The translations under genes were made by a program, and so were the position numbers. From an uncultured virus (IMG/VR IMGVR_UViG_3300033808_000111) (lineage: Duplodnaviria > Heunggongvirae > Uroviricota > Caudoviricetes), in IMG/VR virus record IMGVR_UViG_3300033808_000111: a stretch of DNA of 64,000 nucleotides; one strand, 5' to 3'. The notes under the pieces were generated by a model. It made no database searches. It was not told the DNA's origin and worked only from the letters and a program-made list of their open reading frames with translations. Shown piece by piece: positions 28,360 through 37,718 of this stretch. Position 1 is the first letter of the stretch. Each line of letters starts with the position of its first letter.

Positions 28360-28857
28360 ATGGAAGACGAGCAGAAGAAGCAGATTGCGGACCTCATGGC
28401 CTCGGCGGAGCAGGCGGGCGAGCGCGTCAAGAGCGCGCGCCGCGACTTCGAGGCCCTGCGCGAATCGATGATCGGTCTCTTGGGCTTCGAGCCCGGGAGC
28501 CAGCATGCGCACCTGCTCTCGGTGCAGCTCGAGGCGGCCTACGCGCACGGCCTCACGGCGGGCGAGGCCTCCCAGACGTCCGTGGCGTTCCAAGAACAGC
28601 AGCAAGTCCTCGAGCGCATGGTCCGGCACACCGAGGAGCGCGACGCGCGGGACCGCGAGCGCGCCGACGCTTCCCTCGCGCTCGACAAGCGCCGCGTCGC
28701 GGCCATCGAGCAGCAGGCACGCGACATCGGCAAGCTCGTCGTGTTGCTCTCCGCGAGAACGGCAACAGCGCGAAGCGCTGGGGCTGGGCCCCACGGAACG
28801 AATGTGATAAGGGCGGGCGCGTCCAAGGCATCTGCGGGAAAGCGAAAGAAGAAGTGA
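28360..28857 (+). CDS. coiled-coil protein with in-frame family C repeat at C-terminus
   Basis: ARSAGAGPHGTNVIRAG. Confidence 0.65.
   Translation: MEDEQKKQIADLMASAEQAGERVKSARRDFEALRESMIGLLGFEPGSQHAHLLSVQLEAAYAHGLTAGEASQTSVAFQEQQQVLERMVRHTEERDARDRERADASLALDKRRVAAIEQQARDIGKLVVLLSARTATARSAGAGPHGTNVIRAGASKASAGKRKKK
28768..28817 (+). repeat. repeat family C
   Basis: GCGCGAAGCGCTGGGGCTGGGCCCCACGGA..AGGGCGGG. Confidence 0.75.
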
Positions 28858-28858
28858 G

Positions 28859-29248
28859 GTGGGCGGAGGGGCGGACAGCATCACGTACGGCACCCACGAG
28901 GTCGGCGATTTCGCGGTCAGCGTCGCGCCGGCGGCTGGCCATGAAGCTGCGGATCCGGACGACTGCGACTTCTTCGAAGTGCTCGTCCACGAGGTGAAGT
29001 TTCGGGGGTCCGAGGTCCCGGGAGCGATGCCTTTTTACGTCAATATCGCCGCAGACGGTCGCTTCGATTGGTTCGGGCACTTCGGCAAGTTCGAGCGGAG
29101 GCTCACGCATGACGACCTCGTCGAGTACAACGCATGCTATTCGGCGCTCTTCCACAAGATCGCGATGCCGACGTGGAAGCTTTCGAGGCACTCGATGAAG
29201 CGTCTCTTCGACTTGTGTCGGAAGGCGAGCAAGAAGGCAAAGAAATGA
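28859..29248 (+). CDS. hypothetical protein
   Basis: fills gene chain; ATGA overlap. Confidence 0.6.
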   Translation: MGGGADSITYGTHEVGDFAVSVAPAAGHEAADPDDCDFFEVLVHEVKFRGSEVPGAMPFYVNIAADGRFDWFGHFGKFERRLTHDDLVEYNACYSALFHKIAMPTWKLSRHSMKRLFDLCRKASKKAKK

Positions 29249-29622
29249 CTCTGTACAGTGACGAGTTCAAGGTGCCTGCGGGCGTCGCGCGCTGGCCGGA
29301 CGGCGAGGCGATCCTCGTCCTTCGGCCCCAAAACGCACCCCTCGTTCTTGCTCTCGGGAAGATCGCCGTCGAGCACGACTCGCTCGAGGCGCTCCGCGAG
29401 GCCTGCACGTCTGGTCCCATGACCTTCATGGGGTTCCTGAAACGCATGACTCCGGAGGAGGCAGGCTGGGTCCCGGCGAGCGGGAGCGAGCAGGGCACGA
29501 AGAAGAAGGGGAAAAAGGAGTACGCCATCGTGGACGAGAACGGCGAGAACCCGCAGCCGCTCAAGGCGGGCGACACGTTCGCGTCGCGCCACGAGCTGAG
29601 CACCCATCCGCCGGAATCATAA
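29245..29622 (+). CDS. hypothetical protein containing an in-frame family D repeat (29463-29499)
   Basis: ATGA overlap. Confidence 0.6.
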   Translation: MTLYSDEFKVPAGVARWPDGEAILVLRPQNAPLVLALGKIAVEHDSLEALREACTSGPMTFMGFLKRMTPEEAGWVPASGSEQGTKKKGKKEYAIVDENGENPQPLKAGDTFASRHELSTHPPES

Positions 29623-29698
29623 TGGATCGCGTTCGCCGTTAGGCGACGCGGCCGAAAGAGTGGATCGCGTTCGCCGTTAGGCGACGCGGCCGAAAGAG
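29623..29698 (+). repeat. repeat family E, perfect 38-bp tandem x2
   Basis: TGGATCGCGTTCGCCGTTAGGCGACGCGGCCGAAAGAG twice. Confidence 0.95.
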
Positions 29699-29741
29699 AG
29701 GAGGGTGGACGGCTGAGGCCCGGCGTGAGATGATCTCTGCC

Positions 29742-29978
29742 ATGGCGACGAGACACGAGCCGGCGAGCGTTCTCGCGTACAGAAGGCGCGTTGGGCGTGG
29801 CAAGATCATGCGCCCCTCGACCTTTGAGAGCATCGTTCGAAAGACGATGCAACGTTACGGGTTTTCACGCTCACGCGCCGAGCGAGTCGCTGGTCGTGCG
29901 TATTGGCAAGCGGCAGAATCGAAGGCGCGCCGCGCCCGCGCTCGCCACCGCCGCACGCATCATTGGGAGGTACGTTAG
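29742..29978 (+). CDS. Arg-rich small basic protein
   Basis: composition; fills + strand gene chain. Confidence 0.6.
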   Translation: MATRHEPASVLAYRRRVGRGKIMRPSTFESIVRKTMQRYGFSRSRAERVAGRAYWQAAESKARRARARHRRTHHWEVR

Positions 29979-29980
29979 TC

Positions 29981-30247
29981 ATGGCAGGTTTCCTCGGAAA
30001 ACTCTTCGGTGGTGGTCCCGTCTCTGAGCGCACGCGTAGCCGCGAAGAAGCGGCGTGGCGCGAGCGGACGCGGCGCGAGCGCACCATGCGCGAGCAAGCT
30101 CGTCGGCGCGCGCACTTCCTCGGCGGCAAAAAGCACCGCGCGACGCACTGGCGCAGGCTCTACGAGATGGCCGGCAACGGCGGTCCCCTGTCCGAGCGCC
30201 TCCGCATGCGCGAGCGCCGTCACGCGCTCCATCGCTTCGGGCGATAA
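29981..30247 (+). CDS. Arg-rich small basic protein
   Basis: RBS GGGAGG; internal GGP[VL]SER repeat. Confidence 0.65.
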   Translation: MAGFLGKLFGGGPVSERTRSREEAAWRERTRRERTMREQARRRAHFLGGKKHRATHWRRLYEMAGNGGPLSERLRMRERRHALHRFGR

Positions 30248-30250
30248 GCC

Positions 30251-30565
30251 GTGGCCGGGCGCAAGAGGTACAAGCCTCGAGAGGAGCCGACCTGGGAGTC
30301 GCTCCGGGAGGGACTTGAGTTTCTCCCGCGGTCGTCTCGGCGCGGTCGGAGCCTTTGGCGGCGCGATCCCGAGCTTGCCGAGATCCGCCGGCGCGAGCTT
30401 GCGGCGCGCGCCAGAGAACAGAAAGCCACCCAGCACCGGAAAGCGGTGCTCAAGAAGAGGCAAGCTGTCGAGGAGTATCGCCGCACGCACGGCGGCGAGC
30501 TGCCCGGATGGTTCAGGAGATCGAGGGCACGCAGGCGTGCGCTTCATCTCGGGAGACGCCGATGA
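30251..30565 (+). CDS. Arg-rich small basic protein
   Basis: ATGA overlap with next gene. Confidence 0.6.
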   Translation: MAGRKRYKPREEPTWESLREGLEFLPRSSRRGRSLWRRDPELAEIRRRELAARAREQKATQHRKAVLKKRQAVEEYRRTHGGELPGWFRRSRARRRALHLGRRR

Positions 30566-30831
30566 TCCTCCTTCCGATCGCTTTCGCCGGTACTGGCCTC
30601 GGCTACTACGCGTTCGAGTCGTTTCGCAAGCCTGATCTCCGCGACGCGCAGGCCATGGTCCTGTGGGAGAAGCACATGAAGGGCGCGCGGTTCGCGGCCG
30701 TCGCGGGCGTGGGCGCGGGGCTCCTGCTCTGGCTCTTGACCCAAGACTCTGAGGAGAGCGTGCCGGAGTCGCTGCCGCCGTCTTGGCGAGCGTCCTCGGT
30801 GGCTTCCGCTCGATCCGCGAATTCGGAGTGA
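30562..30831 (+). CDS. two-TM membrane protein
   Basis: MILLPIAFAGTGLGYYAF..AAVAGVGAGLLLWLL. Confidence 0.6.
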   Translation: MILLPIAFAGTGLGYYAFESFRKPDLRDAQAMVLWEKHMKGARFAAVAGVGAGLLLWLLTQDSEESVPESLPPSWRASSVASARSANSE

Positions 30832-30838
30832 GGTCGTC

Positions 30839-31237
30839 GTGGCTAGGCCCGAGCACCTCCATCCCTACGGTCCGCGGCCCTCGAACTACGGTGAGATGCT
30901 CGCGAGGTTCAAGGAGCGGCAGAACCGTGACATCTCGAGGTGGACCCGCGACAATACCGACGCCGACATCGAGGACATGGCGCGCGGCGGCGACGGAGGT
31001 CCCGTGGGGGGCGGCGAGACCATCCGCTCGCGGTTCTACGGTCCGGACTGGTCGGATCGGGACTTCAAGGACCTGCTCGGCGAGCTTGCTGAGAACGAAG
31101 TGCGCCTGCGGATCGAAAATCTCGTACGCGAGACCGAGGAGCAGATCCGCTACATCGGCCACCAGGGGCGCCCGGCCGGGATCACGGAAGCCGAGGTGCG
31201 CGCGGCGGTCGTGGCAGCGCTGGGACGTGCACGATGA
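30839..31237 (+). CDS. MARxEHL-tag protein 2
   Basis: MARPEHLHPY; RBS GAGG. Confidence 0.85.
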   Translation: MARPEHLHPYGPRPSNYGEMLARFKERQNRDISRWTRDNTDADIEDMARGGDGGPVGGGETIRSRFYGPDWSDRDFKDLLGELAENEVRLRIENLVRETEEQIRYIGHQGRPAGITEAEVRAAVVAALGRAR

Positions 31238-31539
31238 GCGCGAGCGTGAAGCTTCGCGACAAGGCTTTCGAGAGGGCTCAAGTCGTGGCCGATGTCCTCG
31301 AGGAGGCAGGTTTCTACATCGTCACGCGGCCGTTGAGGCAAACGCGTGGTGCGCACACAAATGAGGTGTGGACTCGTGCGGCGTCTTCGTCTGCGATGCT
31401 GGATGAGGCGCTCATCGTGGTCAACGACGACGGGCGCATCGGTGTGTTTTCGGATTACTATCCGAGTCTCGAGATTCGTACGCGTGCAGCTTTCAAGAAA
31501 GCTGGCCTCGGCGAGTGGTTCGACGAGATGATGCAATGA
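31234..31539 (+). CDS. AEVLAD-domain family paralog
   Basis: ERAQVVADVLEEAGF..DDGRI..KKAGLGEWF. Confidence 0.85.
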   Translation: MSASVKLRDKAFERAQVVADVLEEAGFYIVTRPLRQTRGAHTNEVWTRAASSSAMLDEALIVVNDDGRIGVFSDYYPSLEIRTRAAFKKAGLGEWFDEMMQ

Positions 31540-31549
31540 GGAATCGCTG

Positions 31550-31969
31550 ATGGCCCGCCGAGAGCACCTCCATCCTTACGAGCGAGGCGTGCTCGTCGTC
31601 ACGAGCATCGAGTGGATGAACACCGAGGACAGCTACGAGCGCGGCGAGATCGGCCAGACGTTCACGGTCCTCGCCGAGGAGAACGTCGGCCGCTACCGGA
31701 CGCCCGCGGAGATGCGCCAGGACCTTATCGGAAGATTCGGTTTGCCAGAGGACCGGGACGCGTGGCTCGCGTTCGACGACGGTCGGATCGATGTTCAGTT
31801 TCAGGTGGACGTGGACAACAATCCGCCGACTGCGCGCGAGCGCGAGCGCTGGATGCGCGGAGAGACGCAGCTCTGGGCCGCGTACGTCACCATCCATTTC
31901 GTTGAAGCCTTCGAGGCTACGCCCTCTCGGGAGCGGATCGCCGAGATGTTCGGGATCGCGGAGGAGTGA
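31550..31969 (+). CDS. MARxEHL-tag protein 3
   Basis: MARREHLHPY; RBS GAGG. Confidence 0.85.
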   Translation: MARREHLHPYERGVLVVTSIEWMNTEDSYERGEIGQTFTVLAEENVGRYRTPAEMRQDLIGRFGLPEDRDAWLAFDDGRIDVQFQVDVDNNPPTARERERWMRGETQLWAAYVTIHFVEAFEATPSRERIAEMFGIAEE

Positions 31970-32229
31970 CGCGGCGCTTTCTTTCTGCTAGATGCCGGCG
32001 TTCTTTCGATGACCACGCCCATCTACGAGCCCGAGTTGACGTTTCTCCCGTTTGGTTGCCGCTGCGGCGCGCGATTCGTCCGAGAAGGAGATCTCATGCT
32101 TCATGAACGTGAGACTTGTCCTCGTCGTGGCGAGTGGAAGATAGGTCGCACGTCTTTCGTCTTCGAGATTCCCGGCGGTCGCGGCATCCACGATGGCGGG
32201 CGTCGGACTTGATGATGTAGACTCTTGCC

Positions 32230-32484
32230 ATGGGTGCGGATGGACCGGAGTCGGGGCGCTTTCCTTCTCGGCTCTGTCCTCAATGCCGCGGTCTCGATAT
32301 CCCCTGTTCGCTTTGCAGCGGCCACCGACGAGTGTCTCACTTTAAGGCGGCTGAGTATTTCGCGAATCACCCAGAGGTCAGGGCGACACCTGACCCGATG
32401 CCCGCGGTCACTTCGTCATCGCCCACGCTTCCGCCTGACACTGAACCCGAACCAAAGCCTGGTTCTGATCCCGAACCGAAGTAG
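32230..32484 (+). CDS. small CxxC zinc-finger protein
   Basis: CPQCRG..CSLCSG. Confidence 0.55.
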   Translation: MGADGPESGRFPSRLCPQCRGLDIPCSLCSGHRRVSHFKAAEYFANHPEVRATPDPMPAVTSSSPTLPPDTEPEPKPGSDPEPK

Positions 32485-32531
32485 GGTACGTCGAGTGGAG
32501 TGTCGCAGGTTCCGACGTCTGCTGTACCGAG

Positions 32532-32807
32532 TTAATTCGGCGCTGTGTTCAGGCGCATGTTTGCGGCTTTGAGGATCCACCTGGCGTTGCCCTTGCGACC
32601 GAGCGCGTCTTTGAAACGAATGCACCAGGGCTCGGGGTGGGCGATCTCGACGTCTTTCGTGTTGATGTCGAGTCTGCCAGACTCGAAGATCTTGACCGAT
32701 TCGGAGAGCTTGTCTTTAGGGCAAATGAGGTGAACGTCTTGCCGGCAAAACGGGCATCTTCCGCTCGCGACGATGATGAGGTTCGGGTCCGAATCGACTG
32801 TTCTCAT
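32532..32807 (-). CDS. hypothetical protein
   Basis: CPFC..H.EP.C; occupies gap between + genes. Confidence 0.55.
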   Translation of the reverse strand: MRTVDSDPNLIIVASGRCPFCRQDVHLICPKDKLSESVKIFESGRLDINTKDVEIAHPEPWCIRFKDALGRKGNARWILKAANMRLNTAPN

Positions 32808-32878
32808 GCCGATTGCAACTTCGCTTGTTCAGTCGTAACTTCGTTGAAGTTGCCGCACAAGGTGGTGCGAAGAAAACC

Positions 32879-33682
32879 ATGAACTACCCCCCGCAAAGAC
32901 CCCCGCCCCGTCAACCCGCTCAGCGTCCTTTCGGCGCTCCTGCGCGTCCATCTGCACCATTCGGTGCGCGTTCGCAGCAGCAGCCCCAGCGCGACCCGCC
33001 CGCGATTCCCCAGAGCGTCCTCCGCGCGCTGATTTCGCAGTCTCGCAAGAGGTGCGAGGCGTACGTCGCGATGATGCGAAACCTCGGTCAGGGCATCGCG
33101 CAGCTCGAGCAGGACAGCCGGCAGATGGCGGCCCACTACCGGAACCAACCCGAGGTCGCGGGCGCCATCGAGCAGAACTACGGCGCCGTGCGTGCGCTCG
33201 CCGAGTGGAACGAGCGCCACGTCGCCGCGCTCATCGAGTACGAGGGCAACCTCCAGGCGGCCCTCGGGGAGTGGCTCCAGGGGCGCGTGGTGACGCTTCC
33301 GGGTGTGGGGCCGGAGCGTCAAGAGCGTCCCGTGGAGAGGCGTCCCGAGCCTCGACAGGTCGAGCAGCAGCCGCGAGGGCGAGAGATGTTCGGACCGCCG
33401 CCTTCGAGGGGTGAGCCGATGCCTCGGCAGGCGGCGCCTCGCGCCCGCCCGCACCACCCGCCAGAGGAGCGCGTGCTCCCGCCCGAGGAGGTCCTCTCGG
33501 GCTACGTCGCGCGCGCCGCTGCGCCAGCGGCACCCGTCGCCCGGAAAGAGGTTCCCAAGGTCCCGCCGTCTGGATCGCGTTCGCCGGAGGCGGCGCGGCC
33601 ACATGAGAGGCCGGCCAATGGTTCACCAGAGAAAGAAAACACCGCGGCGAGCGCGGACAAGAAAGAGGCAGAGCAGTCATGA
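32879..33682 (+). CDS. Pro/Gln-rich hypothetical protein with central helical domain
   Basis: ATGA overlap; contains family E copy at 33571. Confidence 0.65.
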   Translation: MNYPPQRPPPRQPAQRPFGAPARPSAPFGARSQQQPQRDPPAIPQSVLRALISQSRKRCEAYVAMMRNLGQGIAQLEQDSRQMAAHYRNQPEVAGAIEQNYGAVRALAEWNERHVAALIEYEGNLQAALGEWLQGRVVTLPGVGPERQERPVERRPEPRQVEQQPRGREMFGPPPSRGEPMPRQAAPRARPHHPPEERVLPPEEVLSGYVARAAAPAAPVARKEVPKVPPSGSRSPEAARPHERPANGSPEKENTAASADKKEAEQS

Positions 33683-34053
33683 CCGAAGAAAGCCAGCAGC
33701 CCCAAGGCCCCCAAGGTCCCAGCAAGCCGAGCGACGTCGACGTCTTCCTCGGCCTCCTCCCCGCCATCGTCGGGAGCTTCGCGCAGAAGCACCAAGAGGC
33801 GCCGACGGCCGCGGGCCTCGCGATCAACCTCGCGCGCGAGGCGACCGGCCAGCTCGCGTCGCTCGGAGTGTGCGACGTGACGACGCGCTGCCGCGACGGC
33901 TTCGCGCTCGCGCTCATCGGCGGCGCGCCCGCGGCGTCTCCGAGCGAGATCCCCCAGAACTTCGGGCAGACGCTCGGCAACGGGCAGTCGCGGATGGGAG
34001 CCATGGTGGCCCAGTTCAAGTCCGAAGACGTGAGGCGAATCCAAGGCCTGTAA
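33679..34053 (+). CDS. hypothetical protein
   Basis: RBS GAGG; coupled gene. Confidence 0.65.
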   Translation: MTEESQQPQGPQGPSKPSDVDVFLGLLPAIVGSFAQKHQEAPTAAGLAINLAREATGQLASLGVCDVTTRCRDGFALALIGGAPAASPSEIPQNFGQTLGNGQSRMGAMVAQFKSEDVRRIQGL

Positions 34054-34182
34054 AAACAGATTCGCCGTGATGGCGAAGCGCGGAGTGAGGCTCTCTGCCC
34101 GCCCGTTGCCAAAACCTCCCTTGCTCGATTCGTCGGCAGGGTCGACGCCTCGCACTCCTCCCCGAGCGCGGGGCGTCTGTTT
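34054..34182 (+). other. multi-stem structured intergenic element (candidate ncRNA or MITE)
   Basis: AAACAGA/TCTGTTT closing stem; TTCGCC/GGCGAA; GGAGTG-AGGC/GCCT-CACTCC; CTGCC/GGCAG. Confidence 0.45.
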
Positions 34183-34203
34183 ATTTGGTGGTAGCATCGA
34201 GTG

Positions 34204-34872
34204 GTGAAAAACTCGCTCGACAGCGAGCTGCCGGCGCTTCCTCCTGCGCCAGTCGAGCCCATCGAGGGCTCGATGAGCGCGCTCCGGGTCTCGTGCACGC
34301 TCTCGGCTGGCGATCAGAGGATCGTCGAGATGACCTCGTCGATGCTGCTCATGCTTCGCGCTCCTCGGATCGAAGAGCAGACCGTCACAGGCGTGCGCTG
34401 GAACCCGGGCTGGTGCCGCGTCGCTTGGATCAAGGTCGGAAGCAAACCGCCACTCGCGTGGTCAGACGCTCAATCTTACTTGCACTTGAGCAATGGGCTT
34501 GGAACGATCTTCCCTGAAGAGACGCTCTCGCTCCTGCTCGTGAACACCTCGACCGAGATCCGGAACGTGACGTTCGTCGTCGAGGGCGACGTTGCCAAAG
34601 AGATGCACTGGGGAGCGACGTGCGGCGAGGACTGTCCCGACTGCCGGTGGCGCACGGAGTGCCACCACACCGACTGCGAGCACTCTCCCGAGATGGCCAA
34701 GCTGTGCGCGAAAGAACGCCAAAAGAAGCAGCGCGAACGAGAGAAGAAGGAGTTCGAGATCAACGGTTTTACATGGGGTACAGGGGGCCCACGCGCGGCA
34801 CCTGGCGGAATGGTGGGTCTCACGTTGCTCAATCCTCTCGGCGACGTTGCTCGGTGGAGAAGCCGTAGATGA
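34204..34872 (+). CDS. hypothetical protein with CxHxDC motif
   Basis: CHHTDCEHSPEMAKLC. Confidence 0.7.
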   Translation: MKNSLDSELPALPPAPVEPIEGSMSALRVSCTLSAGDQRIVEMTSSMLLMLRAPRIEEQTVTGVRWNPGWCRVAWIKVGSKPPLAWSDAQSYLHLSNGLGTIFPEETLSLLLVNTSTEIRNVTFVVEGDVAKEMHWGATCGEDCPDCRWRTECHHTDCEHSPEMAKLCAKERQKKQREREKKEFEINGFTWGTGGPRAAPGGMVGLTLLNPLGDVARWRSRR

Positions 34873-34887
34873 GGTAAGCTGAGCTTC

Positions 34888-35226
34888 ATGGCCGAGAGTA
34901 AAGCCAAGCCGAAGGTCCCGCAGATGATCCGCAACTTCGAGGACGCGCTCAAGCGCGACCTCAAGCCGGCCGCGCGCTTCGTCGGGAGGATCTTCGTCAA
35001 CACGTGGCTCGGCGACCAGAGCTTCGTGCGCGACGTGGTCCGGACCGCGGAGACCCAGCGAAAGCGGGCCGCTGAGAGAACGGCGGGCGCGGTCGCGAAC
35101 GCGAAGGCCAAGGAATCGATCGCCGACGCCGAGATCGTCGAAGAACCCGACTGCAAGACGTGCGGCAACAAGCGCCGCGTCGGCGCCGCGGGGCACGAGG
35201 TGCCTTGTCCGGTGTGCAGGGCCTAA
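34888..35226 (+). CDS. hypothetical protein with C-terminal CxxC..CPxC
   Basis: CKTCG..CPVC. Confidence 0.65.
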   Translation: MAESKAKPKVPQMIRNFEDALKRDLKPAARFVGRIFVNTWLGDQSFVRDVVRTAETQRKRAAERTAGAVANAKAKESIADAEIVEEPDCKTCGNKRRVGAAGHEVPCPVCRA

Positions 35227-35259
35227 GAAATCGAGAGAAATCGAGAGAAATCGAGAGAA
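35226..35259 (+). repeat. 10-bp tandem repeat AGAAATCGAG x3
   Basis: direct reading. Confidence 0.9.
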
Positions 35260-35273
35260 GGAGGAGACGAGAG

Positions 35274-35498
35274 ATGCCGCTTCCGCAAGGGTACAGCCGC
35301 AAAGCCGTCGGCAAGTCCATCAAGATGCTCAAGGCCGAGGGTCGCCCGCATGGGCAGGCGATCGCCATCGCACTGTCGCACGCGCGCCGGCAGGCGAAGA
35401 AACGCGGCGTTCGGCCGCACCATCTCTTCGGCACCCGGAGCGCCCGGAGGTACTTGCGCGGCCAGAAGAGGCGCGCGGGCCACTCGCGCGAGCGCTGA
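35274..35498 (+). CDS. small basic phage-type protein (MPL..G.S.K....I.....EG.P..QA.AIAL motif)
   Basis: motif; RBS AGGAGG. Confidence 0.75.
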   Translation: MPLPQGYSRKAVGKSIKMLKAEGRPHGQAIAIALSHARRQAKKRGVRPHHLFGTRSARRYLRGQKRRAGHSRER

Positions 35499-35513
35499 GA
35501 GGCGGGCTGGACT

Positions 35514-36098
35514 GTGGCATCCGGTTCAGCAGTCGAGCGTGGCGAGGTCCTCGCGGACGCTTTCAGGGATTTGGGGTATGGTGGCGCGATCGGCCACGAG
35601 AGCGCGGGCGGCTACGAGGTCGAGGCTTGGGACCCGGAGGACCTCGAGTACCAGTACGCCAAGTACGAGAAGATGTCCGACAGGATGCGCCGCACCGGAA
35701 AGGATGCTGTGGCCTACGTCCTCGTGCGCGATGACGCGAGCGTCAAGGTTCTGAGGGAGCGTCAGCCAGGGTTCGTGGAAGCGCTCTTGAAGCGCATCCG
35801 CTGGTCGCAGCCGAGTCAGATCAAGCGCATCGACATCTTGGGACGACGATGGTTCCAACGGACATACGGGAACACGTACCACTCGGTCGAGATCTGGATC
35901 GACGACAATCTCGTACACAAGGTCCCCTTCGCGTACGGCTACGACCGCATGTACGAGCAGACCGCCATCGATTGGCTTGCCAAGTTCGGTTACTTGCCCA
36001 AAGAGGCTGCTCGCTGGCCGACGAGGCGCGTCGCGGAGGACCTCGGAATCGAGATCGAGTCGACTGCGGTCGACGTCGACCGCAAGAGAGATCTCTGA
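35514..36098 (+). CDS. AEVLAD-domain paralog plus cargo (RRWF..GNTYHS..YGY)
   Basis: ERGEVLADAFRDLGY. Confidence 0.85.
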   Translation: MASGSAVERGEVLADAFRDLGYGGAIGHESAGGYEVEAWDPEDLEYQYAKYEKMSDRMRRTGKDAVAYVLVRDDASVKVLRERQPGFVEALLKRIRWSQPSQIKRIDILGRRWFQRTYGNTYHSVEIWIDDNLVHKVPFAYGYDRMYEQTAIDWLAKFGYLPKEAARWPTRRVAEDLGIEIESTAVDVDRKRDL

Positions 36099-36400
36099 TG
36101 GCGAAGCGAGAGAAGCGCGAACGCGACATCGCGAGAGAGCGCGCCGAGGTGCTCGCGGACGCTTTCAGAGATTTGGACTTCATGGTTGACGTTGAGCCCG
36201 TGGAGGGCTGGCCGGAGCTTTGGTCGCTCTGGATCTACGGCGGTAGGCCCGCTCCTTGGTACATGGCGTTCAGGCTCGATGTCGGCGCTCGCGGCGCTGT
36301 CGCTATCCGCTACGAGCGCGACAACGAACACGGAAAGCTGCTCAAAGAATGGCTTCTCAAGATGGACGTGGACAGCTACCTCGCCGAGCGTCAGTGGTAG
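36098..36400 (+). CDS. AEVLAD-domain family paralog
   Basis: RERAEVLADAFRDLDF. Confidence 0.85.
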   Translation: MAKREKRERDIARERAEVLADAFRDLDFMVDVEPVEGWPELWSLWIYGGRPAPWYMAFRLDVGARGAVAIRYERDNEHGKLLKEWLLKMDVDSYLAERQW

Positions 36401-36427
36401 TAGTCTTTTGGAGAAGAGGAGTGACAG

Positions 36428-36652
36428 ATGGCGCGCAAGAAGAAGACCGGGGAGATGATCGCGGTGCCCGAGCACGAGTACACGTCCGAGCGGACGTTCT
36501 TCGTGTGCCGCGACTATGACAGCGCTTACGCCGTCGCGTCGAATCTCGATGACGCCAAGACGATCGCGCGAGCGATGGAGGGCGAGGGCAAGCACGTCGA
36601 GTTCATCGACGAGGTGTATGGCTACGAGCACACGCTTCACATGGGCTGGTAG
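36428..36652 (+). CDS. hypothetical protein
   Basis: RBS GAGGAG. Confidence 0.65.
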   Translation: MARKKKTGEMIAVPEHEYTSERTFFVCRDYDSAYAVASNLDDAKTIARAMEGEGKHVEFIDEVYGYEHTLHMGW

Positions 36653-36984
36653 TGGGCGCAGCGGAGGAGAAAGCTTCGGTCCTCGGTGACGCTTTCCAAG
36701 AGCGCGGGTTTCAGACCCACGTGACGGAGCGTTACATCATCATGGGGCTGGGAGCGTCGAGCGAGACGGTCCCGACCGAAGATGCGCTCCTTTGGCTGAG
36801 AATGTCTGGCGAAGATCAAGCGATCGTGCTCGTCGTGAAGCCGAACGGGTCGCTCTCGTTCGTCCAAGGCTTTGAGCAGCAAAAGGAGCTGGTGACGAAG
36901 TTTCTCGTTGAGATGGGTCTTGCCAAGTACCTCGGTCCGCACGATCGAACCACTTGGATTCATCGTGCGATGAGAAGGTCATGA
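36652..36984 (+). CDS. AEVLAD-domain family paralog
   Basis: EKASVLGDAFQERGF..PNGSL..EMGLAKYL. Confidence 0.85.
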   Translation: MGAAEEKASVLGDAFQERGFQTHVTERYIIMGLGASSETVPTEDALLWLRMSGEDQAIVLVVKPNGSLSFVQGFEQQKELVTKFLVEMGLAKYLGPHDRTTWIHRAMRRS

Positions 36985-37144
36985 ATCCGAGGTCGGGCTG
37001 GAAGCCCGAGCGAACGACGAGACCGATCGAGCGAAGCGAGGGAAGGTCATGAATCCGAGGTCTGGCTGGAAGCCCGAGCGAACGACGAGACCGACCGAGC
37101 AGGGTCCTATCGAGCAAAGCGAGATGGGAGAGGGAAGGTCATGA
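36978..37144 (+). repeat. repeat family A tandem (68-bp + 92-bp); mini-ORFs 36981-37052 and 37049-37144
   Basis: three GTCATGA junctions. Confidence 0.92.
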
Positions 37145-37497
37145 AGCTACCCGTTGAAATCGCCTTCGAGCGCGCGTCGGTGATCGCTGATGCGTTTCGA
37201 GATCGCGGCTGCTGGGTGCCGGCACGAAGCTTCGAGGACAATAGTCCCGAAGAGGAGAAGTACGGAGCCAAGATGATGGCGGTCTACAGCCCTCGTGATT
37301 GGGTTGGGACGCTCGTCGTATTCGCGAGCGGCAAGATCCGTATCTGGGGTGAAGCGAAAGCGATGCCGCTCAAGAAGACGATGCGCGAGCTTCTGACCGA
37401 GATGGGCCTCGAGCAGTGGATCGAGCCAGGCGGCCCCACGAGTACGCTCGAGCCCCTTTTTCGCGGTGATCCGCGCCGCACATCGGTGAATGATTGA
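37141..37497 (+). CDS. AEVLAD-domain family paralog
   Basis: ERASVIADAFRDRGC..SGKI..EMGLEQWI. Confidence 0.85.
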   Translation: MKLPVEIAFERASVIADAFRDRGCWVPARSFEDNSPEEEKYGAKMMAVYSPRDWVGTLVVFASGKIRIWGEAKAMPLKKTMRELLTEMGLEQWIEPGGPTSTLEPLFRGDPRRTSVND

Positions 37498-37503
37498 CTT
37501 TGA

Positions 37504-37716
37504 CTAGCGCCAGCGCGACGGGTCTTTGAGGAGCGCCTGGTGCACGGGAGGCGGCGCGCTCGGTATGGCGCGCAGGCCCGCGAGGTTGAAGCCCGCGGCT
37601 TCCCACACCGGGCGCGACCACGCTACGATGTTTCCTTGATTGTCTTCGCGCAGCTCGAGGAACAAGAGGACCTCGATGCCGCGGTCGAAGTACCAGCCCG
37701 TCTTGATCGGTTCCAT
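37504..37716 (-). CDS. hypothetical protein
   Basis: pair of minus-strand genes. Confidence 0.55.
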   Translation of the reverse strand: MEPIKTGWYFDRGIEVLLFLELREDNQGNIVAWSRPVWEAAGFNLAGLRAIPSAPPPVHQALLKDPSRWR

Positions 37717-37718
37717 AT

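Noticed and set aside
36978..37144. Possible CRISPR array (also 29623, 45642, 52694 tandems)
   Set aside because: Only two adjacent units, no unique spacers, no cas genes.
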